Notes under the pieces: generated by a model | Database searches by the model: none | Told to the model about the DNA's origin: nothing | The model's input: the letters and a program-made list of their open reading frames with translations, nothing else | Shown here: one piece after another, positions 1 to 11,700 of the stretch | Layout of the letters: each line of letters opens with the position of its first letter | Numbering within the stretch: position 1 is the stretch's first letter | Origin: Mobula hypostoma | Taxonomy: Eukaryota | Assembly (NCBI RefSeq): GCF_963921235.1 | Contig: NC_086108.1 | Location: 14,198,001-14,262,000 of the forward strand | Direction: 5' to 3' | DNA: 64,000 bases | Made by a program: the position numbers and the translations under genes

Positions 1-1270
1 GGGAGCGGTGGTAGAAATTCACCATAACCACGAATTCCTGCAGGCCTTTGATTATGTTGGGTCGGGGGAAGTGGCGGACCGCGTCTACCTTGGCGGGCAG
101 TGGGGTTTCCCTGTCTTTAGTAATCCTGTGGCCCAGGAAGTCGATGGTGTCGAGTCCGAACTGGCATTTGGCCGGGTTGGTTGTAAGGCCGAATTCGCTC
201 AGGTGGGAGTAGAGCTGGCGGAGGTGGGACAGATGCTCCTGACGACTATTGCTGGCTATGAGGATGTCGTCCAAATAGATGAATGCAAAGTCCAGGTCGC
301 GTCCCACCGCGTCCATTAGCTGCTGGAACGTCTGTGCGGCATTCTTTAGACTGAACGGCATTCGGAGGAATTCGAAAAGTCCGAACGGGGTGGTGAGTGC
401 TGTTTTGGGGATGTCGTCCGGATGTACAGGGATTTGATGGTATCCCCAGACGAGGTCTACCTTGGAAAAGATCCTTGCGCCGTGTAGGTTTGCTGCGAAG
501 TCTTGAATGTGCGGCACAGGGTAGCGGTCTGGCGTTGTAGCTTCGTTCAGTCTGCGGTAGTCACCGCATGGTCTCCAGCCCCCTGTTGCCTTGGGCACCA
601 TGTGCAGGGGGGAGGCCCATGGGCTGTCGGACCATCATATGATCCTCAATTCCTCCATCTTTTTGAACTCCTCCTTCGCCAGTCGGAGTTTGTCTGGGGG
701 AAGCCTTCGAGCACGGGCGTGGAGTGGTGGTCCCTGGGTCGGGATGTGGTGCTGTACTCCGTGTCTGGGCATGGCTGCCATGAACTGCGGTGTCAGTACT
801 GATGGGAAATCTGCCAGGACCCTGGTGAATTCATTGTTGGACAGCGTGATGGAGTCCAGGTGTAGGGCTGGCAACTTTGCTTCACCCAGGGAGAACGTTT
901 GAAAAGTCTTGGGGTGGACTAATCGCTTCCCTTGCAGGTCGACCAGCAGGCTGTGGGCTCGTAGAAAATCTGCCCCCAGGAGTGGTTGGGCCACGGCGGC
1001 CAGTGTGAAGTCCCACGTGAACCGGCTGGAGCTGAACTGTAGCCGCACCGTGCGGGTGCCGTAGGTTCGTATTGTGCTGCCATTAGCGGCCCTCAGGGTG
1101 GGTCCCGGTTCTCTGTTGCGGGTGTCGTAACTCGCTGGAGGTAAGAAGCTGATCTCCGCTCCGGTGTCGACCAAAAAGCGGTGTCCTGACTGCTTGTCCC
1201 AGACATACGGGAGGCTGTCCTGATGGCCAGCCGCCGTAGCCGTCAGCGGCGGCTGGCCCTGGTGTTTCCC
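1..1270 (-). pseudogene. Gypsy pol (aspartic protease + reverse transcriptase N-part), disrupted
   Basis: ORF 635..1174 has VDTGAEISFLP and LLGADFL; the RT region downstream contains a stop. Confidence 0.85.
1225..1270 (-). other. Programmed -1 ribosomal frameshift signal at the gag-pol junction
   Basis: G GGA AAC heptamer in the gag frame, followed 5 nt later by a perfect 12-bp hairpin GGCCAGCCGCCG/CGGCGGCTGGCC; the -1 frame reads into LVDTGA. Confidence 0.8.
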
Positions 1271-1948
1271 GGGAATTTGCAGGGTGGTCTACAGCGGCGG
1301 GCCTCTGTGCCCCACTGCTGGTGGTAGAAGCACCATTGTTCATTGGGCTCCTCACTCCCGTCGCCGGGTTTTGTAGGCTCTGCTGCTGGGCCTGGTCTGG
1401 TCTGCTGTTGGGCACGTGGCTTGGTGATCTGTGCGACGGACGCCTCTCTCTCTTTCCTGGCATTCCACAGCGCATCTGCCCGGGCCGCCACCTCCCGGGG
1501 GTTGCTGAAATCTGCGTCGGACAGCAGGAGGCATATGTCCTCGGGCAGTTGCTCTAGGAACGCCTGCTCAAACATGAGACAGGGTTTGTGTCCTTCAGCC
1601 AGGGCCAGCATCTCGTTCATTAATGTCGACGGTGGCCTGTCTCCCAAACCATCCAGGTGCATTAAGCGGCGTGCTCGTTTGCGCCGTGAGAGTCTGAAAG
1701 TCTTTATGAGCAGGGCTTTGAATGCTGTGCATTTGCCCTCCTCCAGGGGGCAACTGTATAAACTCCTCAACTTGTGCAGCTGTCTCCTGGTCAAGGGAGC
1801 TCAGCACGTAGTAGTAGCGAGTGGACTCCAAGGTTATCTGCCGAATGTGGAATTGTGCTTCTGCTTGTTCGAACCACAGACGAGGTCGCAGCGCCCAAAA
1901 GCTTGGCAGTTTTAACGAAACTGCGTGAACAGATGCGGCGTCGGTCAT
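1243..1948 (-). pseudogene. Gypsy gag, frameshifted
   Basis: Split over ORFs 1595..2008 (MTDAASVHAVSLKLPSFW) and 1243..1794 (LGDRPPS, WCFYHQQWG..C..PC). Confidence 0.85.
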
Positions 1949-1972
1949 CTCTGGTCCAAATGTCGTTTGGGC

Positions 1973-1986
1973 CGTCGGGGTCACCA
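1973..1986 (-). promoter_or_regulatory. Primer binding site complementary to tRNA-Trp 3' end
   Basis: TGGTGACCCCGACG begins 2 nt after the LTR end. Confidence 0.85.
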
Positions 1987-1988
1987 TT

Positions 1989-2263
1989 TGTAGCGGTGTG
2001 CTACACACAGTGCTAAAATAACCACACGTAGTCGGTGAGTTAAAGTTGTGATGAAAGAGATTTATTCAAACTTCGCGGCCTGCTTTAAAGCCTTCCCGTT
2101 CCTGCCCTCCCTGGGCGGGACTGCTGTAGGGAATGCATATTCGCAGACCCTTCCCGCATGCGAGATTTTCCCATGCTGGTGAAGATGGCCTGGCGCCCTT
2201 TTAGGGGCTGGCCTCTCTGCCGGCGCGCGCCGGTTTGTGTGTGCTAGAAAGTGGGTCGCCACA
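1989..2263 (-). repeat. 5' LTR of the Gypsy element (275 bp)
   Basis: Inverted termini TGTGGCG...CGCTACA, AATAAA near 2062-2067 on the minus strand, adjacent PBS. Confidence 0.9.
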
Positions 2264-2428
2264 GTACCATCCAAAGTCATGAAATCTGTGTAAATTACAA
2301 AATAAGTGCAAAACGAAAAGTATAATGAGGTAAACAACAGGAATTCTGCAGATGCTGGAAATTCAAGCAACATACATCAAAGTTGCTGGTGAACGCAGCA
2401 GGCCAAGCAACATCTGTAGGAAGAGGTG

Positions 2429-2466
2429 CAGTCGACGTTTCAGGCCGAGACCCTTCGTCAGGACTA
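2429..2466 (-). ncRNA. Minimal type I hammerhead ribozyme motif, core intact
   Basis: UAGUC CUGACGA AGG-GUCUCGG-CCU GAAA CG UC GACUG: conserved core, stem I, stem II, palindromic ACGU in place of stem III. Confidence 0.85.
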
Positions 2467-2762
2467 ACTGAAGGAAGAGTGAGTAAGGGATTTGAAAGTA
2501 GGAGGGGGAGGGGGAGGTCCAAAATGATAGGAGAAGACAGGAGGGGGAGGGATAGAGCCGAGAGCTGGACAGGTGATAGGCAAAAGGGGATATGAGAGGA
2601 TCATGGGACAGGAGGTCCGGGAAGAAAGACAAGGAGGGGGGGGTGACCCAGAGGATGGGCAAGAGGTATATTCGGAGGGACAGAGGGAGAAAAAGGAGAG
2701 TGAGAGAAAGAATGTGTGCATAAAAATGAGTAACAGTTGGGGTACGAGGGGGAGGTGGGGCC

Positions 2763-3506
2763 TTAGCGGAAGTTAGAGAAGTCGATGTTCATGCCATCAG
2801 GTTGGAGGCTACCCAGACGGAATATAAGGTGTTGTTCCTCCAACCTGAGTGTGGCTTCATCTTTACAGTAGAGGAGGCCGTGGATAAACATGTCAGAATG
2901 GGAATGGGACGTGAAATTAAAATGTGTGGCCACTGGGAGATCCTGCTTTCTCTGGCGGACAGAGCGTAGATGTCCAGCAAAGCGGTCTCCCAGTCTGCGT
3001 CGGGTCTCGCCAATATATAAAAGGCCACATCGGGAGCACCGGACGCAGTATATCACCCCAGTCGACTCACAGGTGAAGTGATGCCTCACCTGGAAGGACT
3101 GTTTGGGGCCCTGAATGGTGGTAAGGGAGGAAGTGTAAGGGCATGTGTAGCACTTGTTCTGCTTACACGGATAAGTGCCAGGAGGGAGATCAGTGGGGAG
3201 GGATGGGGGGGACGAATGGACAAGGGAGTTGTGTAGGGAGCGATCCCTGCGGAATGCAGAGAGAGGAGGGGAGGGAAAGATGTGCTTAGTGGTGGGATCC
3301 CGTTGGAGGTGGCGGAAGTTACGGAGAATAATATGTTGGACCCGGAGGCTGGTGGGGTGGTAGGTGAGGACCAGGGGAACCCTATTCCTAGTGGGGTGGC
3401 GGGAGGATGGAGTGAGAGCAGATGTACGTGAAATGGGGGAGATGCGTTTAAGAGCAGAGTTGATAGTGGAGGAAGGGAAGCCCCTTTCTTTAAAAAAGGA
3501 AGACAT
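2763..3506 (-). pseudogene. PLE ORF 3' part: RT thumb, Cys linker, GIY-YIG endonuclease (5'-truncated)
   Basis: CKQNKCYTC linker; GVIYCVRC..C..LYIGETRRRL..RF..H; C-terminal LEEQHLI...GMN. Confidence 0.92.
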
Positions 3507-4002
3507 CTCCCTCGTCCTAGAATGAAAAGCCTCATCCTGAGAGCAGATGCGGCGGAGACGGAGGAATTATGAGAAGGGGATGACGTTTTTGCAAGAGACA
3601 AGGTGAGAAGAGGAATAGTCCAGACAGCTGTGAGGAGAGTCAGTGGGCTTATAGTAGACATCAGTGGATAAGCTGTCTCCAGATACAGAGGCAGAAAGAT
3701 CTAGAAAGGGGAAGGAGGTGTCGGAAATGGACCAGGTAAACTTTGCCTCCAACTTTCACCCTGCCTTCGAGTTTACCTGGTCCATTTCCGACACCTCCCT
3801 CCCCTTTCTAGATCTTTCTGTCTCTGTCTCTGGAGACAGCTTATCCACTGATGTCTACTATAAGCCCACTGACTCTCACAGCTGTCTGGACTATTCCTCT
3901 TCTCACCTTGTCTCTTGCAAAAACGCCATCCCCTTCTCATAATTCCTCCGTCTCCGCCGCATCTGCTCTCAGGATGAGGCTTTTCATTCTAGGACGAGGG
4001 AG

Positions 4003-4746
4003 ATGTCTTCCTTTTTTAAAGAAAGGGGCTTCCCTTCCTCCACTATCAACTCTGCTCTTAAACGCATCTCCCCCATTTCACGTACATCTGCTCTCACTCC
4101 ATCCTCCCGCCACCCCACTAGGAATAGGGTTCCCCTGGTCCTCACCTACCACCCCACCAGCCTCCGGGTCCAACATATTATTCTCCGTAACTTCCGCCAC
4201 CTCCAACGGGATCCCACCACTAAGCACATCTTTCCCTCCCCTCCTCTCTCTGCATTCCGCAGGGATCGCTCCCTACACAACTCCCTTGTCCATTCGTCCC
4301 CCCCATCCCTCCCCACTGATCTCCCTCCTGGCACTTATCCGTGTAAGCAGAACAAGTGCTACACATGCCCTTACACTTCCTCCCTTACCACCATTCAGGG
4401 CCCCAAACAGTCCTTCCAGGTGAGGCATCACTTCACCTGTGAGTCGACTGGGGTGATATACTGCGTCCGGTGCTCCCGATGTGGCCTTTTATATATTGGC
4501 GAGACCCGACGCAGACTGGGAGACCGCTTTGCTGGACATCTACGCTCTGTCCGCCAGAGAAAGCAGGATCTCCCAGTGGCCACACATTTTAATTCCACAT
4601 CCCATTCCCATTCTGACATGTCTATCCACGGCCTCCTCTACTGTAAAGATGAAGCCACACTCAGGTTGGAGGAACAACACCTTATATTCCGTCTGGGTAG
4701 CCTCCAACCTGATGGCATGAACATCGACTTCTCTAACTTCCGCTAA
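4003..4746 (+). pseudogene. PLE ORF 3' part (mirror copy): RT thumb, Cys linker, GIY-YIG endonuclease
   Basis: 247-aa ORF that differs from 2763..3506 at only two residues. Confidence 0.92.
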
Positions 4747-5048
4747 GGCCCCACCTCCCCCTCGTACCCCATCTGTTACTCATTTTTATGCACACATTCT
4801 TTCTCTCACTCTTCTTTTTCTCCCTCTGTCCCTCTGAATATACCTCTTGCCCATCCTCTGGGTCACCCCCCCCCCCTTGTCTTTCTTCCCAGACCTCCTG
4901 TCCCATGATCCTCTCGTATCCCCTTTTGCCTATCACCTGTCCAGCTCTCGGCTCTATCCCTCCCCCTCCTATCTTCTCTTATCATTTTGGATCTCCCCCT
5001 CCCCCTCCCCCTCCTACTTTCAAATCCCTTACTCACTCTTCCTTCAGT

Positions 5049-5086
5049 TAGTCCTGACGAAGGGTCTCGGCCTGAAACGTCGACTG
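5049..5086 (+). ncRNA. Minimal type I hammerhead ribozyme motif, core intact
   Basis: tagtc CTGACGA agggtctcggcct GAAA cg TC gactg. Confidence 0.85.
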
Positions 5087-5399
5087 CACCTCTTCCTACA
5101 GATGCTGCTTGGCCTGCTGCGTTCACCAGCAACTTTGATGTATGTTGTTAGTATAATGAGGTAGTGTTCATAGACTCAAAGATCAGCACAACACAGAAAC
5201 AGGCTCTTTGGTCCTTCTAGCCCGTGCCAACTATTATTCTGCCTGGTCCTTTTGACATGCATCCAGAACATAGCCCTTCATACCTCTCCCATCTATGTAC
5301 TTATCAAAACTTCTCTTAAATGTTGAAATCGAGCTCACGTGCACCATGCTCTCACAGCCCTCTGAGTGAAGAAGTTGCCCTTCATATTCTGCTTAAACT

Positions 5400-5810
5400 T
5401 ATCCTCAGACTCTGAAGTAAACATAGCTGCTGGTGTGCCTTTTTCATAATTTCATCAATCTGTTGGGCTCAGGATAGATATCCTAGCACTGAGGAACTTA
5501 AATGGTCACTCTTTCCCCCACTGATCTTTCATTGAGGACTGGGAGATGTTCTTTCAAATTTCCCTTCCTGAGGCCCATGATCAATTCATTCGCCTTGCTG
5601 ATGTTGACTGTGAAGTTTTGTTGCAACATCTCGCTCTTTCCTTCTCAGTTGTGTACATCTCCTCATTGTAATCTGAGATTTTACCAATAACAGTTGTGTC
5701 ATCTGTGGATTTATAGATGGCATCGGAGCTGTCCTTGGAGAGTAGAATGGAAGGCTTGAAACAATTCATGATGGTAGATGTTAGAGTGACTGGGAGTAGT
5801 CAGTAAGTCA
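5400..5810 (-). mobile_element. Degenerate Rex1/Babar-type LINE RT fragment
   Basis: AIYKSTDDTTVIGKISD motif in ORF 5581..5769. Confidence 0.7.
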
Positions 5811-6090
5811 CTTCATGAAGGCAGTTAGTCATTCCTCAGCTATGAACAGTTCTCAGTAACTGAACCCTGCAGTAACCCGGGGACTGTCTGCATTAGCTCT
5901 TCCCAAGCTCCCCTGGTTGACTGCATCAAGTAGCACAATGAATCTGCCTGACTGGTCAGTTGTCTGGGAAGATGGAGTCTGTATGACAAACATGGCACTT
6001 ATTTACAAAGAGTGCAGAATGAGTAACAAAACAGCAGTGGGCCCCCTTGGCAGGCAGCAGAAGAGAACAGAGACACCAAATGCCCTGGCA

Positions 6091-7220
6091 GACACAAGAA
6101 ACAGCAGATACTGGAATTTGGAGGAAGAAATGAACTGCTAGAGGAACTTGGCCGTTCAGACAGCTTCTGTGGAGGGAAATGCAGAGCTGAAGTTTTGATT
6201 CGAGAGCCTTCATCAGGACTGAAAGATAGAGGGAAGATAACTGGTATAATGAGGTGAGGGGAAGGGATGAAACAAGAGCTGGCAGGTGATAGTGGATCCA
6301 GATGAGGAAGGATGACAGACAGGATGGGGGATGGGAGTGTGGCTATAGTTACAGAGGCTGGGAGGTGATTGGTGGAGATGACTCCTGATGTTGCCTTCTC
6401 TATTTCACTGAGCACCTTCAAACATGGCCAGCTGAAGCTCCTGGGTACCAGCCATTTTAATTCTCCTCTCCATTCCAACCTCAAGGCAATGGCAAACCAC
6501 TTCTGTTAGAAAAATTTGCCAAGAACAAGCATGGTCATGGAAAGACCATGATTGCCTATATCACATATCATGGCATATAACGAACGAGCAAACCTTATTC
6601 CAACACCAACCTGTCAGTCTGTCCTCAGCCTTTTCCACATCATTGGTGAGGCTAAACACAAATTAGAGAAAAAACATTTCATTTTCTGCTGGTGTATTCG
6701 AGAAACCAACAACATGAGCATTGAATTATTCAACCTTTGACTAACTGTTCACCTCTGTCCCTTTTCTCTCTCCTCCTGATCTGCTCAGTTTTTACTAAAT
6801 TCCCCAATTTTCATCACCTTGTTTCTTTTCCCTTTCCCCTCCTCCACCCATTCCATTTTGTCCATCACCCACACACTGCTCACATTGGGACTTTCCCCTA
6901 CTGTTCCCACCTGCCCCCCTCTATCTATCTACCTCCCTTGATTCCTTGCTCCACCTTCCTCTCCTATCAGATTCTACCAACTGCTGCCCCTTCTGTTCTC
7001 CACCTCTCACCTCCCAGTCTCTTGTGCTATTTCCATTCCTCTTTTCCTCCATCTGCTCATCACCCCTCTGCCAGCTCTTGTCCCACCCCTTCCCCTCACA
7101 GCTTTATACTGATTGTCTCTCTCAATCTTTGAGAAAGGTCTTGACTTGAGAGGACACTTTCCATTTCCCTCCACAATGCTACCTGACCTGCTGAGTTATT
7201 CTGGCATTTAGTTTATTGTT
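6091..7220. mobile_element. Old Penelope-like element with head-to-head inverted architecture
   Basis: Minus-strand 3' end with decayed hammerhead (about 6185-6221); plus-strand GIY-YIG end and 3' region; direct repeat ATGCCCTGGCA at 6080-6090 and 7226-7236. Confidence 0.75.
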
Positions 7221-7518
7221 CCAATATGCCCTGGCACATTTCTAGGATTAATTGCTGTCATTCTCAGACACATTGTAAGTCATAGTGGTTACACTTTAGA
7301 TGTTTGTCTGGAGAGTTGGCAATAATATAAATGGGCTTGTGTCTTGATGGAATGCTGCAACCCATGTTTTTTACAGAAATCCTTTAAATTCAAGTGTACT
7401 TGATTATGGAGCATGTCCTGTCATACTAATGTCCCAATTTGCTTACCGACAAGAGTTTATGTCTCTGCTAAGCTGAGAATATTTTAATGTGTCTGGAGTT
7501 GTTCTTGTCCTGCAGGAG

Positions 7519-7785
7519 TTACGTCCATGGAAGGACTGACTCTAACTTTAATTCATCTTGCAAAGTTGTCTCAGTATCCAGTGGCAAGAAGTCCTCCAGC
7601 TTTCTACGTTTACAGGACTTATTCACCACTTGCCTGTTAGTTTCTAATTTATTTCTGCAAGACGATAGCACACTCTGGGCTGTTTTAGAGGAAATACTGT
7701 GCCAGGTGCTGAATGATGTGACATGGCCAAATTTCTGCACAAGCTGTTGGCTCCTATACGTGAAAGCATGTGCAGTCATTTCCAT
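7519..7785 (-). CDS. Candidate terminal coding exon of an unidentified host gene
   Basis: Non-repeat-looking sequence; acceptor cttccccactcctccAG; 88 open codons in phase 0 ending in TAA; KRRK basic motif; ATTAAA about 30 nt downstream. Confidence 0.35.
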   Translation of the reverse strand: MEMTAHAFTYRSQQLVQKFGHVTSFSTWHSISSKTAQSVLSSCRNKLETNRQVVNKSCKRRKLEDFLPLDTETTLQDELKLESVLPWT

Positions 7786-8749
7786 CTGGAGGAGTGGGGA
7801 AGTTCATGGGTAGAATGAAGATGGGGATTGGACTTTGAATAGAAGGTCTTCAGCCACCTGTCCTTTTAGCTGAATCTCAGCAGGGAGCAGAGGATGAGGT
7901 TTCTCTCAATGAGTAACGGTGTCCTTCAAATGTTCCATCTACTGTAAACCACGCTGCAGTGTCCAGGGAGTGTAAAGGTGACTATTGGCACAGTCCAGGC
8001 GTCCTCCAGGTTGTAGCTGGCCAGTTGTGAAGACTTCCTAACACGCCATCACCTGTTAATGTGAGACCACACCGACGCTTTACTATCCAGGTGACCTTTG
8101 TATGTTTCATTGTCCTTTGCAAGTGCTGGTGGTTCTGCAGAGTGTGTGTTGCTTTGTACATCGACTAAGATGGCCCTCTGCAGCCAAAAAGGATTCCACT
8201 CTGTTGGTGAAAACCCATGGTGTCACCATAAGCTGTGCATCAGTCTCCTGACAGCGCTAACTGTGTTCCAAAGTTCAAAGTAAATTTATTATCCAAATCA
8301 CCATATCCAACCCTGAAATTTGTTTTCTTGTGGACATTCACAGTAAATACAAAGAACTACAATAGAATCAATGAAAGACCGCATATGACAAGACGGATAA
8401 GCACCAACGTGCAAAAGACAACAAACTGTGCAAATACAAAAAGAAAAAAAATAACAGTAATACATTGTTATTTTAATAAATTATAGACAATAAATATTAA
8501 GAACATGAAAATAAGAATCCTTGAGAGTGAATCTTTCGGTTGCAGGAATAGTTCAGTGTGGGGGTGAGTGAAGTTATCCCCTCTGGTTCAAGAGCTTGAT
8601 GGTTGAGGGGTAATAACTTTCCTTGAACTGCCTGAGTCCTGCGGCTCCTCCAACTCCTTCCTGATGATAGCAGCGAGAAGAGAGCATGGCTTAGATGGTA
8701 GGGGTCCTTGATGACGGATGCTACTTTCCCGTAACAGTGCTCCAAGTAG

Positions 8750-11700
8750 ATAGCACATCACAGCACAGAACCAAGCCAATCAGCCCATCTAGTCTGTGCT
8801 GAACCATTAATCTGCTTTGTCCCATTGACCTCCACCCAGACAATACTCTCCTTACCCCTCCCATGCACTTACAGTACTTATCCACACTTCTCTTACATTT
8901 TACAATCAAACCCGTACCTACCACTTCCACTGGCAGCTCGTTCCACCTTCACACCACCCCTCAGGTTCCCCTAAAATATTTCATCTTTCTCCCTTAACCT
9001 ATGACCTATAGTTCTACTTTCAACTAACCACAGAGGAAAAATTCTGCTAGCATTTAGCCCTGTCTATACCCCTCATAATTTTATATACTTCTGTCAAATC
9101 TCACTTCCCACTCTCCAGGGAGTAAAGATTTAATCTATTCAGACTTTCCTTATAACTCCGGTACTGAAGTCCTGGCATCCACCTTGTAAATTTTATCTAC
9201 ACTCTTTCAAGTTCCATATCCCTCCCATGTATGCAACCATCCAAATTTCTCTTACATTTTGAAAGTGAAGGTGCATTCACCACTTGCACTGGCATCTCGT
9301 TCCACACACTCACCACCTTCAGTGAAGAAGCTACCACTCATGTTCCCTTTAAGTATTCCTCCTTTCACCCTTAAATCATGACCTGCAGTAGTAGTCTCAC
9401 CCAACCTCAGTGGAAAAAGCCTGCTTGCATTTGCCATATCTATACTTCTCAAACTTTTGCAAACCTCAATCAAATATTCCCTCTGTCTTCTATGTTCTAG
9501 GGAATAAATTCCTAATCTGTTCAGCCTTTCCCTATAAACTCAGGCCCTCAAGTCCCAGCAACATCTGTGTAAATTTTCTCTGCAGTTTTATCAATCTTAC
9601 ATCTTTCCTGTAGGTAGGTGACCAAAACTGCACACAATATTCCAAATTACGCTTTACCAATTTCTTACATAATTTCGACGTTACATCATAACAGCTGTAC
9701 CCAATACATTGATTTACGAAGCTGCTGAGCCTGTCATCAATAGTGGGAAAGTTATTGCAAGGTATCTAAAAGAATACCTTGCAATAGCACTTTCTTCACA
9801 ACTCTGTCTACCTGTAACACTACCTTCAATGAATTATGGACCTGTATTCCCAGATCCCTCTGTTCTACCACACTCCTCAGTGCCCTACTGCTTATCGTGT
9901 TAGACCTACCCTGGTTGGTGCTCCCAAACTGAAACACCTCACATTTATCTGCAATAAATTCCACCTGCTATTTTCTGTCCATTTTTCCGGCTGCTCCAGA
10001 TTCTGTTGCCAGACCTGATAGCCTTCCTCGCTGTCCACTACAATTCTATTTTTGGTGTCATCTACAAATCTGTTGATCCAGTTTACCACATTATAATCGA
10101 GATTATTGATATAGATGACAAACAAGAACAGACCCATCACCAATCCCTACGGCAATCCCAGGCCTTCAGCCAGAGAGGCAACGATCTACTAACACTTTCT
10201 GGCTTTTCCCTCAAAGCCAATGTCTAATCGGATTTACTACCTCATCTTGAATGCCAAGCGACTGAACCTTCTTGACCAACCTCTCATGCTGAACTTTGTC
10301 AAGATCTTGCTAAAGTCCTGTAGATGACATCCACTGCTTTGTCTTCATTAACCGTCCTGGTAACTTCCTTGAAAAACTCTATGAGGTTACCACACACAAA
10401 GCCATGTTGACTATCCCTAATCTGTCCTTGTCTATCCAAATACTGTATCTGGTCCTTTAGAATACCTTGCAATAACTTTTCCACTACTGATATCAGGCTA
10501 AATGGTTTATAATTTCCTGGATTATTCTTCGAGTCTTTCTTAAACAATGGAAGATTAGCTATCCTCCAATCCTATGGCACCCCACCCATGGCTAATGATG
10601 TTTTTTATATCTCTGTTGGGACCCTGCAATTTCTGCAGTAGCCTCCCATAGATTCAGAAGGAGCACCCTGTCAGGCCCTGGGGAATTTATTCACCCTAAT
10701 TTGCCTCAGGATATCAAACATCTCATCCTCTGTAATCTCTATAGTTTCTATGACCTCCCTGCTCCTTTGCCTCACTTCTATTGACTCTATGTCTGTCTCC
10801 TGAGTAAATTTAAATGCAAAAAATCCATTTACGATCTCCCCCATCTCTTTTGGCTCCATGCATAGATTACCACTAATCTCCAGAGGACTACTTTTGTCCA
10901 TTGCTAAAGTTTTGCTCTTAATACATCTGTAGAAACTTCTAGAATTCCCCTCCACCTCGTCTGCTAGAGCAAGCTCATACCTTCTTTTAGCTTTCCTGAT
11001 TTACTTGCTAAGTGTTCTCTTTCATTTCTAATAGTTCTCAAGTACATCATTTGTTCCTACTTGCCTATACCCCCTTTTTCTCTTAATCAGGGCCTCAATA
11101 TCTCTTGAAAACCAAAGTTTCCTGAACTTGTTATCTTTTCCATTTATTCTGATAATCATATACAAGCTTTAAACTCTTAAATTTTCACTTTTGAAGGCCT
11201 CCACTTACACCTTTGCCTGAAAACAACCTGTCCCAAACCACACCTGTCAGATCCTTTCTGATACCATCAAATTTGGCCTTTGTCCAATTTAGAATCTGAA
11301 CCCAAGGACCAGACTTACTTTTTCCATAAGTATCTTGGGTCCAATTGCATTACTAGATGCAAAGTGTTTCCCTACACAAGCTTCTGTCACTTGCCCTGTC
11401 TCATTCCTTAATAGGAGATCTAATATCACACACTCTCTAGTTGGGACTTCTGTGTACTGATTAACAAAACGTTCGTGAACACATTTCACAAACTTTTTCC
11501 CATCCAGCCTTTTACGGAATGGGAGTCCCAATCAACATGTGAAAGTGAAAATCACCTTCCATAACAACCCTGTTCTTCTTGCAATAGTCTGTGAGCTCTC
11601 TACAAATTTGCTCCTCTATATCCCGTTGACTGTTGGGTGGTCTATAAAACAATCCCATTAATGTTGTCATTCCTTTATTGTTCCTTAGCCATGCCATAAA

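Larger units (their letters stand above)
1..2263 (-). mobile_element. Ty3/Gypsy LTR retrotransposon, 5' part (5' LTR, PBS, gag, protease, start of RT); runs off the window start
   Basis: LTR with TGT...ACA ends, PBS, gag-like VSLKLPSFW...WFEQAEAQF, protease LVDTGAEIS, RT motifs (DYRR-like region, [28 protein letters not shown]) read on the minus strand. Confidence 0.93.
2333..5149. mobile_element. Penelope-like element (probably Neptune-type) inserted as a head-to-head palindrome of two 5'-truncated copies
   Basis: Left arm 2333-3742 (minus) and right arm 3770-5147 (plus) are near-identical, with a 27-nt spacer; direct repeat AGTATAATGAGGTA at 2319-2332 and 5150-5163. Confidence 0.95.

Noticed and set aside
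8..2016. Plus-strand ORFs up to 190 aa
   Set aside because: Antisense shadows of the GC-rich Gypsy gag-pol
3086..4423. 190-aa alternative-frame ORFs (MSTISPLT...)
   Set aside because: Low-complexity overlapping frames of the PLE ORF with no recognisable domain
2333..5149. Palindrome as a sequencing or assembly fold-back artefact
   Set aside because: The arms differ by scattered substitutions and indels, the ends are asymmetric, and a 14-bp TSD encloses the unit
7115..7160. Hammerhead in the right arm of the old PLE
   Set aside because: Core too decayed to call
7700..7760. Resemblance of SQQLVQKFGH to APOBEC4 SGSLVQKGH
   Set aside because: Too short, and no HxE or PCxxC deaminase motifs are present
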